Positions 8,565-16,528 of a stretch of DNA of 64,000 nucleotides are shown in pieces. The translations under genes were made by a program, and so were the position numbers. Source of the stretch: Candidatus Latescibacterota bacterium. GTDB lineage: Bacteria > Latescibacterota > UBA2968. Below the pieces are notes generated by a model. That model was not told the DNA's origin and ran no database searches. It saw only the letters and a program-made list of their open reading frames with translations. The DNA is taken from assembly GCA_965116885.1 (NCBI GenBank), contig OZ220741.1, positions 3,168,001 through 3,232,000 of the forward strand. Reading direction: 5' to 3'. How positions within the stretch are numbered: position 1 is the stretch's first letter; the number at the start of each line of letters is the position of its first letter.

Positions 8565-9896
8565 TCACTCACCATCATACACTTCTGTTTGGAACAGGTT
8601 ATTTTGAAAATCGAGGTACTGCTCTTTTGTCATCTCTGGCTTGTGATTTGCAAGGACGGCTTTTGCTTCTGCCGCGTGGTCGTATAGTAGATCCACTGCC
8701 ATCATTGCCAGTGACTTTGCTGGCTCTACATATCCCATCTCTTTATCGGAAATATGCCATTCGACGCTGTGTCCTGGTCCCGTAGCACCCGACATATAGG
8801 GATGAATCGCGGGCATAATGCAGGATATATCGCCCATATCTGTTGAGCCGGTTCTGTGACCCACTGTACGAAATTCATCTTTTCCAAAACGCGCTCTGGC
8901 ATTTTTTCCATAGAGTGCCTGCAAATCCGCATTGTTTTTTAATGGCATATATCCCGGTAGCGTTTCTATTTCTACTGTTGCGCCAAGTGCTATTGCACCG
9001 GCTCGAAGTGCGCGATCTACTTTCATACTGGCATCGAGAATGGCTTCTGCTGTGCGTCCCCGAACATAAGTTTCCATACAAACTTCGTCGGGTATAACGT
9101 TGACCAAATCTCCGCCTTTGGTGATGATGGGGTGTACCCGAACTGTATCGTGGTCCTGGAATGTTTCACGCTGTGCATTGATGGCACTCAGAGCAATTTG
9201 AGCGGCATTTAGAGCATTGATGCCCCGGTGAGGTGCGCCTCCCGCGTGTGCGGCTTTGCCCACAAACCGAATCATCTTTGCCACAAATCCATTAGATGAG
9301 GCGGAGGCCGCGGCTTTGGTCAATGAATCATCACTATGTGTATGAATCATAACTGCCATATCGACATCGTCAAAATGCCCGTGCTTGATCAATTCGGGTT
9401 TGCCACCCAAAAAGCTCAGTTTACCAGATTTTACCAGATTCAGACGGTATTCAACCTCTACAAATTCTTCTGCTGGCACGGCAAAAAAGACGACTCGGCC
9501 CGCCAAATCGTCAATCACGCGCGCATCCACCATGCCCATCATTGCTCCCATCAATCCCGCAATCTGTGCATTGTGACCACAAGCATGTGCGGCACCCGTA
9601 TCGGGATTGGCATTGGGATGACCGGAGACCACGAGCGAGTCGAGTTCGCCAATCAGTGCAACGGTTGGGCCAGGTTCAGTTCCCTGCAACACGCCCTTTA
9701 CACCTGTAATCGCCAACTCGGTTTCATATGGCACACCAAACTCATCCATTGTTTGCGATACCAGCTTTGCTGTCTCAAATTCCTTAAATCCCAACTCGGG
9801 ATTCACCATAATGTGATCGCCAATGCGACAAATTTGATCTCGACGTCGATCTATGGCTTCACAAACGCGTTTCTTGAGTTCGGTTTTTATAGACAT
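8565..9896 (-). CDS. M20 family amidohydrolase (ACY1L2-like)
   Basis: PELGFKE, ELD, HACGHN, PAEE, GKAAHAG, GSTDMG. Confidence 0.85.
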   Translation of the reverse strand: MSIKTELKKRVCEAIDRRRDQICRIGDHIMVNPELGFKEFETAKLVSQTMDEFGVPYETELAITGVKGVLQGTEPGPTVALIGELDSLVVSGHPNANPDTGAAHACGHNAQIAGLMGAMMGMVDARVIDDLAGRVVFFAVPAEEFVEVEYRLNLVKSGKLSFLGGKPELIKHGHFDDVDMAVMIHTHSDDSLTKAAASASSNGFVAKMIRFVGKAAHAGGAPHRGINALNAAQIALSAINAQRETFQDHDTVRVHPIITKGGDLVNVIPDEVCMETYVRGRTAEAILDASMKVDRALRAGAIALGATVEIETLPGYMPLKNNADLQALYGKNARARFGKDEFRTVGHRTGSTDMGDISCIMPAIHPYMSGATGPGHSVEWHISDKEMGYVEPAKSLAMMAVDLLYDHAAEAKAVLANHKPEMTKEQYLDFQNNLFQTEVYDGE

Positions 9897-9914
9897 GTTT
9901 TCCTCCGTTTACTT

Positions 9915-10958
9915 CTACCTGATTTTTAGTAATAATATCAGCAAGAGAGGCGTTACAATGGCTTGTAAGAGCGTAAATCTGACCAGTACCTGTGTATTGG
10001 ACCAGCCCCATTTTTGACGGACGTGATCGTGCAGGGGATAACGCACCTGTTTGAAAATGCCGATTTTTAAAAAGCGCAACAAAGCGACTTTCAGAAGGCC
10101 TGTTGCGCCATTGACCAGCACCACCCCGGCAACTACGATAATCAAAAACGGATTGCCACACGCCAGGACCAGCATACCGAGTAATAAGCCCAGAGGACGA
10201 GATCCGGCATCGCCCATTAACACGGCACTTGGATTGGCATTGTGCCACAAGTAGCCCACCAAACACCCCGTCATGACAAAAGCCATCACGGCCCAATTCG
10301 CGCCCTCTTTGTAGTGTGGCACAAGCAGGTATTGGGCGATATCCCGATGTCCTACAATGCCGTATAGTGCACCACCTAAAAAAATAAAGGCCAGCATGCA
10401 CAAACTGCCCGATAGGCCATCCACGCCGTCTGTGCAATTTGTAGCGTTAATCGTCATCCACAACAAGCACGTAGCAATAGGGATATAAATCCAGGGTGGG
10501 ACAATAACCGGTGTTTTAATGAGCGGCAGCCACACTTCAACTGATGCCATCTGGCACACTACCATCGCACCCAAAATGGAGATGATCAGATCGAATAACC
10601 CCATGCGGTATTCACTCCACTCATAGCGGTCATCGAGAAATCCCACCAGCATCGCCAAAAACAGGCACCCCAATGCGGCCAGATAGCGCGTTCCAAGCGG
10701 CACAAATAAAAATCCGACGACAATAAAAATAGAAATAAAAATAATACCTGCCCCTACGGGTTTGCCCTTATTTTGGGCGGCGCCAACAGCATGCGCTCGC
10801 CCCTGATCGCGCGGTAATCGGTGCCACAATTTGGGCAAAATTCTCCAGGTGAACACGCAGGCGAGCGCGGTACCTGCACCAACTAAAAATAAATGAGAAG
10901 TAAAGAGGCGAAATGGCCCATAGACGTTCAAAAGTTGCTCCCCCAGCCAGTAGAGCAC
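9915..10958 (-). CDS. mraY: Phospho-N-acetylmuramoyl-pentapeptide transferase (divergent, stand-alone)
   Basis: About 10 TM helices; GFLDD, NATNCTDGVDGL, WHNANPS, MGDAGS, PLHDH; GTG start. Confidence 0.8.
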   Translation of the reverse strand: MLYWLGEQLLNVYGPFRLFTSHLFLVGAGTALACVFTWRILPKLWHRLPRDQGRAHAVGAAQNKGKPVGAGIIFISIFIVVGFLFVPLGTRYLAALGCLFLAMLVGFLDDRYEWSEYRMGLFDLIISILGAMVVCQMASVEVWLPLIKTPVIVPPWIYIPIATCLLWMTINATNCTDGVDGLSGSLCMLAFIFLGGALYGIVGHRDIAQYLLVPHYKEGANWAVMAFVMTGCLVGYLWHNANPSAVLMGDAGSRPLGLLLGMLVLACGNPFLIIVVAGVVLVNGATGLLKVALLRFLKIGIFKQVRYPLHDHVRQKWGWSNTQVLVRFTLLQAIVTPLLLILLLKIR

Positions 10959-11075
10959 AGCACAATCTCCCGTGTGATATGATTTGAAAAACGAAACAAA
11001 TCAAGACCAATGTAAGGTCTCTATGATTAAAGGGCAAGTCTGAACTCATAGCTGGTTCCATTTGAAAGAAAAACC

Positions 11076-11104
11076 TTGACGCGAAAACAGAGACTTTCTA
11101 TTTT
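11076..11104 (+). promoter_or_regulatory. Sigma70-type promoter of the his leader/hisI unit
   Basis: TTGACG-17 bp-TATTTT; predicted start site falls at or next to the leader ATG (11112). Confidence 0.55.
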
Positions 11105-11111
11105 GTGTACT

Positions 11112-11261
11112 ATGAACGCATTGATCAAAAACCCGGTTATTTTTTCAAATCCAAACACAATTTTGGCCGGGGATGCGTTTGTCCATACTGCCCAGCATCA
11201 TACCCATCATGCTACGTCTGCGACTTTTTGCATGATATGCTCGGCGGTGGATATGTCATAA
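11112..11261 (+). CDS. His-rich attenuator leader peptide (49 aa)
   Basis: MNALIKNPVIFSNPNTILAGDAFVHTAQHHTHHATSATFCMICSAVDMS*; five CAT codons within 9 codons (11184-11210), directly upstream of a terminator and hisI. Confidence 0.8.
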   Translation: MNALIKNPVIFSNPNTILAGDAFVHTAQHHTHHATSATFCMICSAVDMS

Positions 11262-11319
11262 CAGTTTGTCCAATGAAATGAACAAGCCCGCTGTCGAGAG
11301 ACAGTGGGCTTTTTTTTTT
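11180..11319 (+). promoter_or_regulatory. Histidine transcription attenuator (protector / antiterminator / terminator)
   Basis: Terminator AAGCCCGCTGTC-GAGA-GACAGTGGGCTT plus T-run (11284-11319). Antiterminator CTCGGCGGTGG (11240-11250) pairs 11/11 (including G-U) with CCGCTGTCGAG (11288-11298). The His-codon segment can pair with GCATGAT-ATGCTCGGCGGTGGA. Confidence 0.8.
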
Positions 11320-11331
11320 AGGAGAATGACA

Positions 11332-11760
11332 ATGTCTATTAATCGTCAACTCGAAGAAGGCACAGAACTTCATCTCGATTTTGAAAAGCTACGCAAGGTT
11401 GCACAAACCGACCATTCCGTCATTCCCGTTGCTGTACAGGATGTGGATAGCAAAGCCGTTCTCTTGATCGGCTATGTCAACGAACGGGCACTTGATTACG
11501 CGCTTGAACACCGCGTGGCAACATTCTGGAGTACTTCGCGCAATGAACTCTGGATCAAAGGGGCTACGTCTGGCGATATGCTCGAACTGGTCGATGTGCG
11601 TATCAACTGCGAGCAAAATTCACTGCTTTATCTCGTGCGCCTCAAAGGCGATGGATCGTGTCATACGAAAGAAAATGGTCGAGCGCGTTACGGCTGTTAT
11701 TACCGCAGTATCGATAATGGAAAATTGACATTTGTAAATCCCAAAACCATACCGGAGTAA
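11332..11760 (+). CDS. hisI: Phosphoribosyl-AMP cyclohydrolase
   Basis: PVAVQD, FWSTSRNELWIKGATSG, NCEQNSLL, CHT..C; AGGAG RBS 7 nt upstream. Confidence 0.85.
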   Translation: MSINRQLEEGTELHLDFEKLRKVAQTDHSVIPVAVQDVDSKAVLLIGYVNERALDYALEHRVATFWSTSRNELWIKGATSGDMLELVDVRINCEQNSLLYLVRLKGDGSCHTKENGRARYGCYYRSIDNGKLTFVNPKTIPE

Positions 11761-11766
11761 TGAGTC

Positions 11767-12267
11767 ATGTCATCAGAGGTCGTTACCCGAATCCGTTCAG
11801 ATCAATGGCGGATACTCAGGGATGTGCGCCTCCGCGCACTTGAAGATGCGCCTTACGCTTTTAGTACAACGCTATCAGAAGGCGAAAAAAGAACTAATAG
11901 AGACTGGCAGGATATGGCGAGGGACCATGCTACTCTGTCGGATCGCGCCTATTTTATAGCTTATGTGGGGGATAATCCCTGTGGCATGGCGGGGTGTTAT
12001 CGCAGAGCATCAAACGTAGTAATGCTCACCGCGATGTGGGTCGCGCCCGAATTTCGGGGGAAAAATATCGGTGAGCAGATTGTGTGCGCGGTCATAGAAT
12101 GGGCACGAGAGGGTGGGGCCACCACGCTTGAAGCCTGGGTCAGCGAAAATAATCCAGCGCGTTTTTTTTATCAAAAAATCGGATTTGAAGAGACCAGTTT
12201 AACCGAACCGCTTCGCTCAGATTCCAAAATTCAGATCATTTTGATCAGGCGCGATATTGTACCCTGA
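11767..12267 (+). CDS. GNAT family N-acetyltransferase
   Basis: RLRALEDAPYAF, MWVAPEFRGKNIG, ARFFYQKIGF. Confidence 0.85.
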   Translation: MSSEVVTRIRSDQWRILRDVRLRALEDAPYAFSTTLSEGEKRTNRDWQDMARDHATLSDRAYFIAYVGDNPCGMAGCYRRASNVVMLTAMWVAPEFRGKNIGEQIVCAVIEWAREGGATTLEAWVSENNPARFFYQKIGFEETSLTEPLRSDSKIQIILIRRDIVP

Positions 12268-12275
12268 AATCCGGG

Positions 12276-12304
12276 TTGATTCGCAATCTTCTCAATACTA
12301 TATT
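12276..12304 (+). promoter_or_regulatory. Putative sigma70 promoter of prs
   Basis: TTGATT-17 bp-TATATT. Confidence 0.45.
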
Positions 12305-12385
12305 GCTCACATGAGAAATGGTGTACAAATGCGACAGCAATTCATTCGGACAAATCAGAGCACCCGACGACAGGAGGGAGAAAAC

Positions 12386-13360
12386 GTGGGTTATGATCTC
12401 AAAGTTTTTTCGGGCAATACCAATCGGCCATTGGCAGAAGATATTTGCAATATTCTCGACACTCGGCTTGCCGAAGCCACTGTGACTCGTTTTTCTGGTG
12501 GTGAAACACATGTGCAAATTGATGAAAACGTGCGCGGCTGTGATGTTTTTATTGTGCAACCTCTTTGTGCAAATGAAGAAGAAGGCATCTCGCCCAATGA
12601 CGCCTTGATGGAACTTCTCATCTTGATTGATGCTGCGCGACGCGCCTCTGCGCGACGCGTCACAGCGGTTGTGCCCTATTATGGCTATGCACGGCAGGAT
12701 CGCAAAGACCGTCCCCGCGTGCCTATCACGGCCAAACTGGTCGCCAATATGATTTATACCGCTGGAGCGCGGCGAGTTCTAACTCTGGACCTGCACGCCA
12801 ATCAGATCCAGGGTTTTTTTGACATACCCGTTGATCACCTCTACTCCATTAACATTTTAGGCGAATACTTCAGGCTAAAAAATTTCAAAGATCTCGTTGT
12901 TATGGCACCCGATGTCGGCGGTATAAAAATGGCGCGCGCTTATGCCGAATTGCTCGGTGCGCCGTTGGCTATTGTAGATAAACGCCGCTGGAGTGGTCAA
13001 AAAACCGAGGTTCTGAACGTCATTGGTGAGGTGAAAGACAAAAATATCGTCATTGTTGACGATATTATCTCTACGGGTAGTTCCCTAATCGAAGCCGCCT
13101 CTGCACTCAAAGACAAAGGCGCGCGCGATATATGCGCTACCATCGTCCACCCGGTGCTGGCAGATCCCGCTGTTGAGCGCGTGGAGAATTCCATTCTTAC
13201 AGAGCTTGTTGTTTCCAATTCTATTCCCGTGCCCAAACGCGCCCAAAATGGGAAAATCAAAATTCTGTCAGTTGCCCCTATTCTCGCCGAATCCATCCGC
13301 CGCATCAACAATGATGAATCCGTCAGCAATCTCTTTGCGAATGCGAGGGTTGAGGGATGA
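12386..13360 (+). CDS. prs: Ribose-phosphate pyrophosphokinase
   Basis: ENVRGCDVF, PYYGYARQDRK, DLHANQIQGFF, PDVGG, IVDDIISTGSS; GTG start after GGAGGGAG. Confidence 0.95.
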   Translation: MGYDLKVFSGNTNRPLAEDICNILDTRLAEATVTRFSGGETHVQIDENVRGCDVFIVQPLCANEEEGISPNDALMELLILIDAARRASARRVTAVVPYYGYARQDRKDRPRVPITAKLVANMIYTAGARRVLTLDLHANQIQGFFDIPVDHLYSINILGEYFRLKNFKDLVVMAPDVGGIKMARAYAELLGAPLAIVDKRRWSGQKTEVLNVIGEVKDKNIVIVDDIISTGSSLIEAASALKDKGARDICATIVHPVLADPAVERVENSILTELVVSNSIPVPKRAQNGKIKILSVAPILAESIRRINNDESVSNLFANARVEG

Positions 13361-13390
13361 AATGCGCGAGACGTAAAGGGTTTGATTTAT

Positions 13391-13431
13391 AAAATAAAAA
13401 CCGACCTCATTATCAGGTCGGTTTTTATTTT
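13391..13431. terminator. Bidirectional terminator
   Basis: Perfect inverted repeat AAAATAAAAACCGACCT / AGGTCGGTTTTTATTTT between convergent genes. Confidence 0.85.
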
Positions 13432-13464
13432 GTAAAGCGTTACAGTTCTGCACTGAAAACGGCG

Positions 13465-14001
13465 TCACGGTTTGCCGATGTTAAAGCCAATCCCCACGGC
13501 TGTGCGCAGGGCACTTGCGTCTTCTTCCTCGCCGATGACCCAGCGAACCTCAAATAAAATCTCCATTCTGCGGTCCAATAATTGTTTTTCCATGCCGACC
13601 ATAATAAAGTGAAGCGCAACCTGATATTCATTTTGAAATTCGTTGATGATCAGCCTTTCGCGCCGCACCCGGTTCACTCCCAATCCACCGCCCATATACG
13701 CATATGCAGTTCCCGATTTATGCGGCCACAAGTACTTTAGAAAAGCCCCACCGCCTCTCGCCTGAATCTCTGTGCCGTCGAGGTCGGATCCGCTTCCTGT
13801 CTCAGCTCCTACCTCGAGGCGAAGATTGGGCGAAAATACAGTTGCAATATCTGCTTGAAGTACAAAGAAATGCCGCGTGTCGTTTGCCTGTACAACGTCT
13901 AAACCAACCTTAGTAGCCAGATTGTAGAGCTTAAAACCGGCCTGGGCACTTGTTGTAAAAAAAATTAAAACTAAAAGTCCGACACCAGCAAAAACCCTCA
14001 T
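13465..14001 (-). CDS. Secreted/outer-membrane beta-barrel-like hypothetical protein
   Basis: Signal peptide (SAQA); amphipathic strands such as YAYMGGGLG and VGIGFNIG. Confidence 0.55.
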   Translation of the reverse strand: MRVFAGVGLLVLIFFTTSAQAGFKLYNLATKVGLDVVQANDTRHFFVLQADIATVFSPNLRLEVGAETGSGSDLDGTEIQARGGGAFLKYLWPHKSGTAYAYMGGGLGVNRVRRERLIINEFQNEYQVALHFIMVGMEKQLLDRRMEILFEVRWVIGEEEDASALRTAVGIGFNIGKP

Positions 14002-14019
14002 AATAATCTCCTCACAGCA

Positions 14020-14331
14020 CTACGACGCCAGTGCTAATTTTTTGAGATAAGAATAGGTATAAATTCCCGTATCGTGTCCATCTGTCCACCGAATTTGGAT
14101 GGCATAATTTCCGACTGGAATGACATCCGACAGATCTGCCGATGGCGTTTGATCCGCAGTAATCATCTGCAATTGCTCGTCTTGCTTTGCCCGCAGGTCC
14201 CCACACAATGCACACGGGCAGGCTTTTCGCACATCGGATAATCTCACGCGCAAAATCTCATCGTCTGCCCAATCCATTTCGAGCCATCCCGCTGCGCGAT
14301 CAACGCGGATACGTTTGGGTTTTTCTGCCAC
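14020..14331 (-). CDS. DUF971 / GBBH N-terminal-like zinc-binding protein
   Basis: RKACPCALC and VGNYAIQIRWTDGHDTGIYTY. Confidence 0.85.
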   Translation of the reverse strand: MAEKPKRIRVDRAAGWLEMDWADDEILRVRLSDVRKACPCALCGDLRAKQDEQLQMITADQTPSADLSDVIPVGNYAIQIRWTDGHDTGIYTYSYLKKLALAS

Positions 14332-14341
14332 AACCAGCCCC

Positions 14342-15034
14342 CTAACGCTTCAATTGATGCCTTAATCCCAATTCCTGAAGCAAAATACCGTATTGCTCGC
14401 GCAGATTGTTTTGCAGAGCAAAGGCGCGGTTATAGGCGATTGCGGCATCTTCAAAAAACCCCTGAGCTGTCAGCGCGCGCCCCATTAAAATGTAATTGAG
14501 CGCGTAATGGGGCCTGCGTTCTGCGGTCTCACTGGCCATGTCGAGTGCCCGCTCTAATTGGCCCTTTTTCAGGTAAATCCAGCCCAAACCCTGATAGGCT
14601 GCGATGACATCGGGATTCAGGGCAAGCCCCTGCTGATAATATTGCTCTGATAGAATTATATCGCCTATTCGCTGATATAAATATCCAAGCGTGACGAGAG
14701 CGCTTGCGTCAGTCGAGTCCTGGACGGTCAATAGCTGGCAGGCGTCAATTGCGCGATCAAAATCTTTCATTCGCAAATAAGACGATATGAGAAGGCGCAA
14801 TGCTTGTGTGTGTACAGGATTTTGTTCTAAAATATCGCGCAAGACGACAGTAGCAGCACCGGGATTGCCAGCTTCCAGAGAATCGACAACACTTTTCAAT
14901 GTGGGGTCGAGAATTACAGCCATCGAATCATCCGAAACCACGACCATCGATTCACTGCTTTCAAACATCTCTTGGGCATTGGAATTCTCTGCACCCAAAA
15001 GCATAACAACGATTATTCCCAGTCGCAGTATCAT
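14342..15034 (-). CDS. Exported tetratricopeptide-repeat protein
   Basis: Signal peptide; TPR patterns (ALVTLGYLY, AYQGLGWIY, YILMGRAL). Confidence 0.8.
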   Translation of the reverse strand: MILRLGIIVVMLLGAENSNAQEMFESSESMVVVSDDSMAVILDPTLKSVVDSLEAGNPGAATVVLRDILEQNPVHTQALRLLISSYLRMKDFDRAIDACQLLTVQDSTDASALVTLGYLYQRIGDIILSEQYYQQGLALNPDVIAAYQGLGWIYLKKGQLERALDMASETAERRPHYALNYILMGRALTAQGFFEDAAIAYNRAFALQNNLREQYGILLQELGLRHQLKR

Positions 15035-15092
15035 ATACTTTCCTGACAGTACCTAAAAATCGCGTAACGCTTTAGATATGCCCACTCAGCAG

Positions 15093-15184
15093 AGTCGGGA
15101 GGCGATGTACAACTGGTCGTTAGACCAGTTCAAAGGATTTCCCTCCTACGATACACCTGTTGGAGCGGCATCCTTGCCGCGATC
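15093..15184. repeat. REP-like palindromic elements (GTAG-family-like), head-to-head
   Basis: Plus strand GTTGGAGCGGCA-TCCT-TGCCGCGATC (15159-15184); minus strand GTAGGAGGG...CCTCCCGAC enclosing the perfect hairpin AACTGGTC-GTTA-GACCAGTT (15111-15130). Confidence 0.45.
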
Positions 15185-15522
15185 AATTTTCCTCTATAGA
15201 TACAAGGGACGTCCAGTGTAGGGCCATTGAACGGATGACTTTGGCAAATTCAGTCGAGTTGTCGCAGTTGTATCCCAAACAATGGGATCGATTATGGGAT
15301 ATTCAGTAGAGGTATGTGGCAAAATATTGTTTGTGCGATATAAGCGCAGACTTTGGCGTATAGAAAGGCCCGGCTCGTAAATTTCAATGGCCGGGCGATT
15401 GCACCACATCACAAGAACAAGGTCGGGGTCGATCTCGATTCGCTGACAAATCAATTTGAGTATCAAGTAAACACTCGCCATAAATTTGGTCATAGAAGGC
15501 TTTCTATTTGTGGCCTTGGTCA

Positions 15523-16365
15523 CTAACCGCTCTTGCTGCCAAACGCGGCGACAAAGAGGAGAAAGTCTGGAAATTCAACTGTGCCGTTTCCATCCAGATC
15601 CATACGGGCATCAAAACCGTCATCAGATGAAGACTTGCCAAATTGCGCGACAAAGAGGAGAAAATCTGTAAAATCAACTTCGCCACTGCTATCAAAATCA
15701 CCAGTTAGCGTAGTCGGTGGTGGCGGTGGTGGCGGTGGCGGCGGTGTTCCCGTATCTGTTGCTTTCGCAAAAGTAATTACGATCCTGATTGGATCATCTG
15801 GCGGTACATGCTGAGAAAGTGCGCTCATAGCCAGAGGTCTTACAGCTTCGGATAATGACTGCAGTAATTCATCTAAGAGAAGCGGGCGTATGATCTTTAG
15901 TGAATCCGTCGTGGCTGTGTACGTATAATTGAGCGGATCTTCATTTTCGCGTGTTATGGTGAGTGCATGGGTATCAGACGCGACCGTGTAATTGCCTGTG
16001 TATTGGCTCGTATCGAGTACAGCGACCGTAAGCGGAACCAATAACACCGCAGAGATATTGGTCGCTGTCCTGTAGTCAGATTTAACACTGCCATCTGAAC
16101 CAAAAGTTATTGTGCCGTTGGTCTCGCCTTCAACGGTAAGAGGCGATACGGCCTGCACGAGCCCGGCCGGGACATAAGCGTTCAGCCCGACCTTCTCAGC
16201 TACCCAGGAGCCGACGATCTCGCCACCTTGCGGCGTGGGAGTTTCTGGTATCAATCCCGCATTCGCCTGTCCAAAAGTTATGAACGCCGTTATAAGTAGA
16301 GCGCAGTTTCTCAATACCTTAAACTGCCATTTTTTGACCGCGACGCCAAAATTTGATCCGTTCAT
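15523..16365 (-). CDS. Exported protein with poly-Pro linker and C-terminal dockerin-like double EF-hand domain
   Basis: Signal peptide; 10 consecutive Pro (15715-15744); GDFDSSGEVDFTDFLLFVAQFG...DLDGNGTVEFPDFLLFVAAFG. Confidence 0.8.
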   Translation of the reverse strand: MNGSNFGVAVKKWQFKVLRNCALLITAFITFGQANAGLIPETPTPQGGEIVGSWVAEKVGLNAYVPAGLVQAVSPLTVEGETNGTITFGSDGSVKSDYRTATNISAVLLVPLTVAVLDTSQYTGNYTVASDTHALTITRENEDPLNYTYTATTDSLKIIRPLLLDELLQSLSEAVRPLAMSALSQHVPPDDPIRIVITFAKATDTGTPPPPPPPPPPTTLTGDFDSSGEVDFTDFLLFVAQFGKSSSDDGFDARMDLDGNGTVEFPDFLLFVAAFGSKSG

Positions 16366-16528
16366 ATTCCCTCCTCCAGTGTTCATTTGTTTCTTCTAAA
16401 ACACACGATCACTTTTCAATTTACGCAATTCGCGTGTCCTCTGCAATACTTAAACGCTTGTTGTCAAATCTTTCATCGCGTGCTATTTTGAAGTATCCCG
16501 TAAAATGATACTTGCGAAAGGAGCGCGT

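Noticed and set aside
12305..12385. Possible riboswitch or ncRNA in the prs leader
   Set aside because: No convincing stems or known consensus.
15194..15523. 109-aa ORF as a real gene
   Set aside because: No recognisable domain or RBS, and it contains a terminator-like hairpin (about 15367-15396); at most a remnant.
15715..15744. GGT/GGC microsatellite as a contingency locus
   Set aside because: In-frame mixed-codon poly-Pro linker, not a phase-variable tract.
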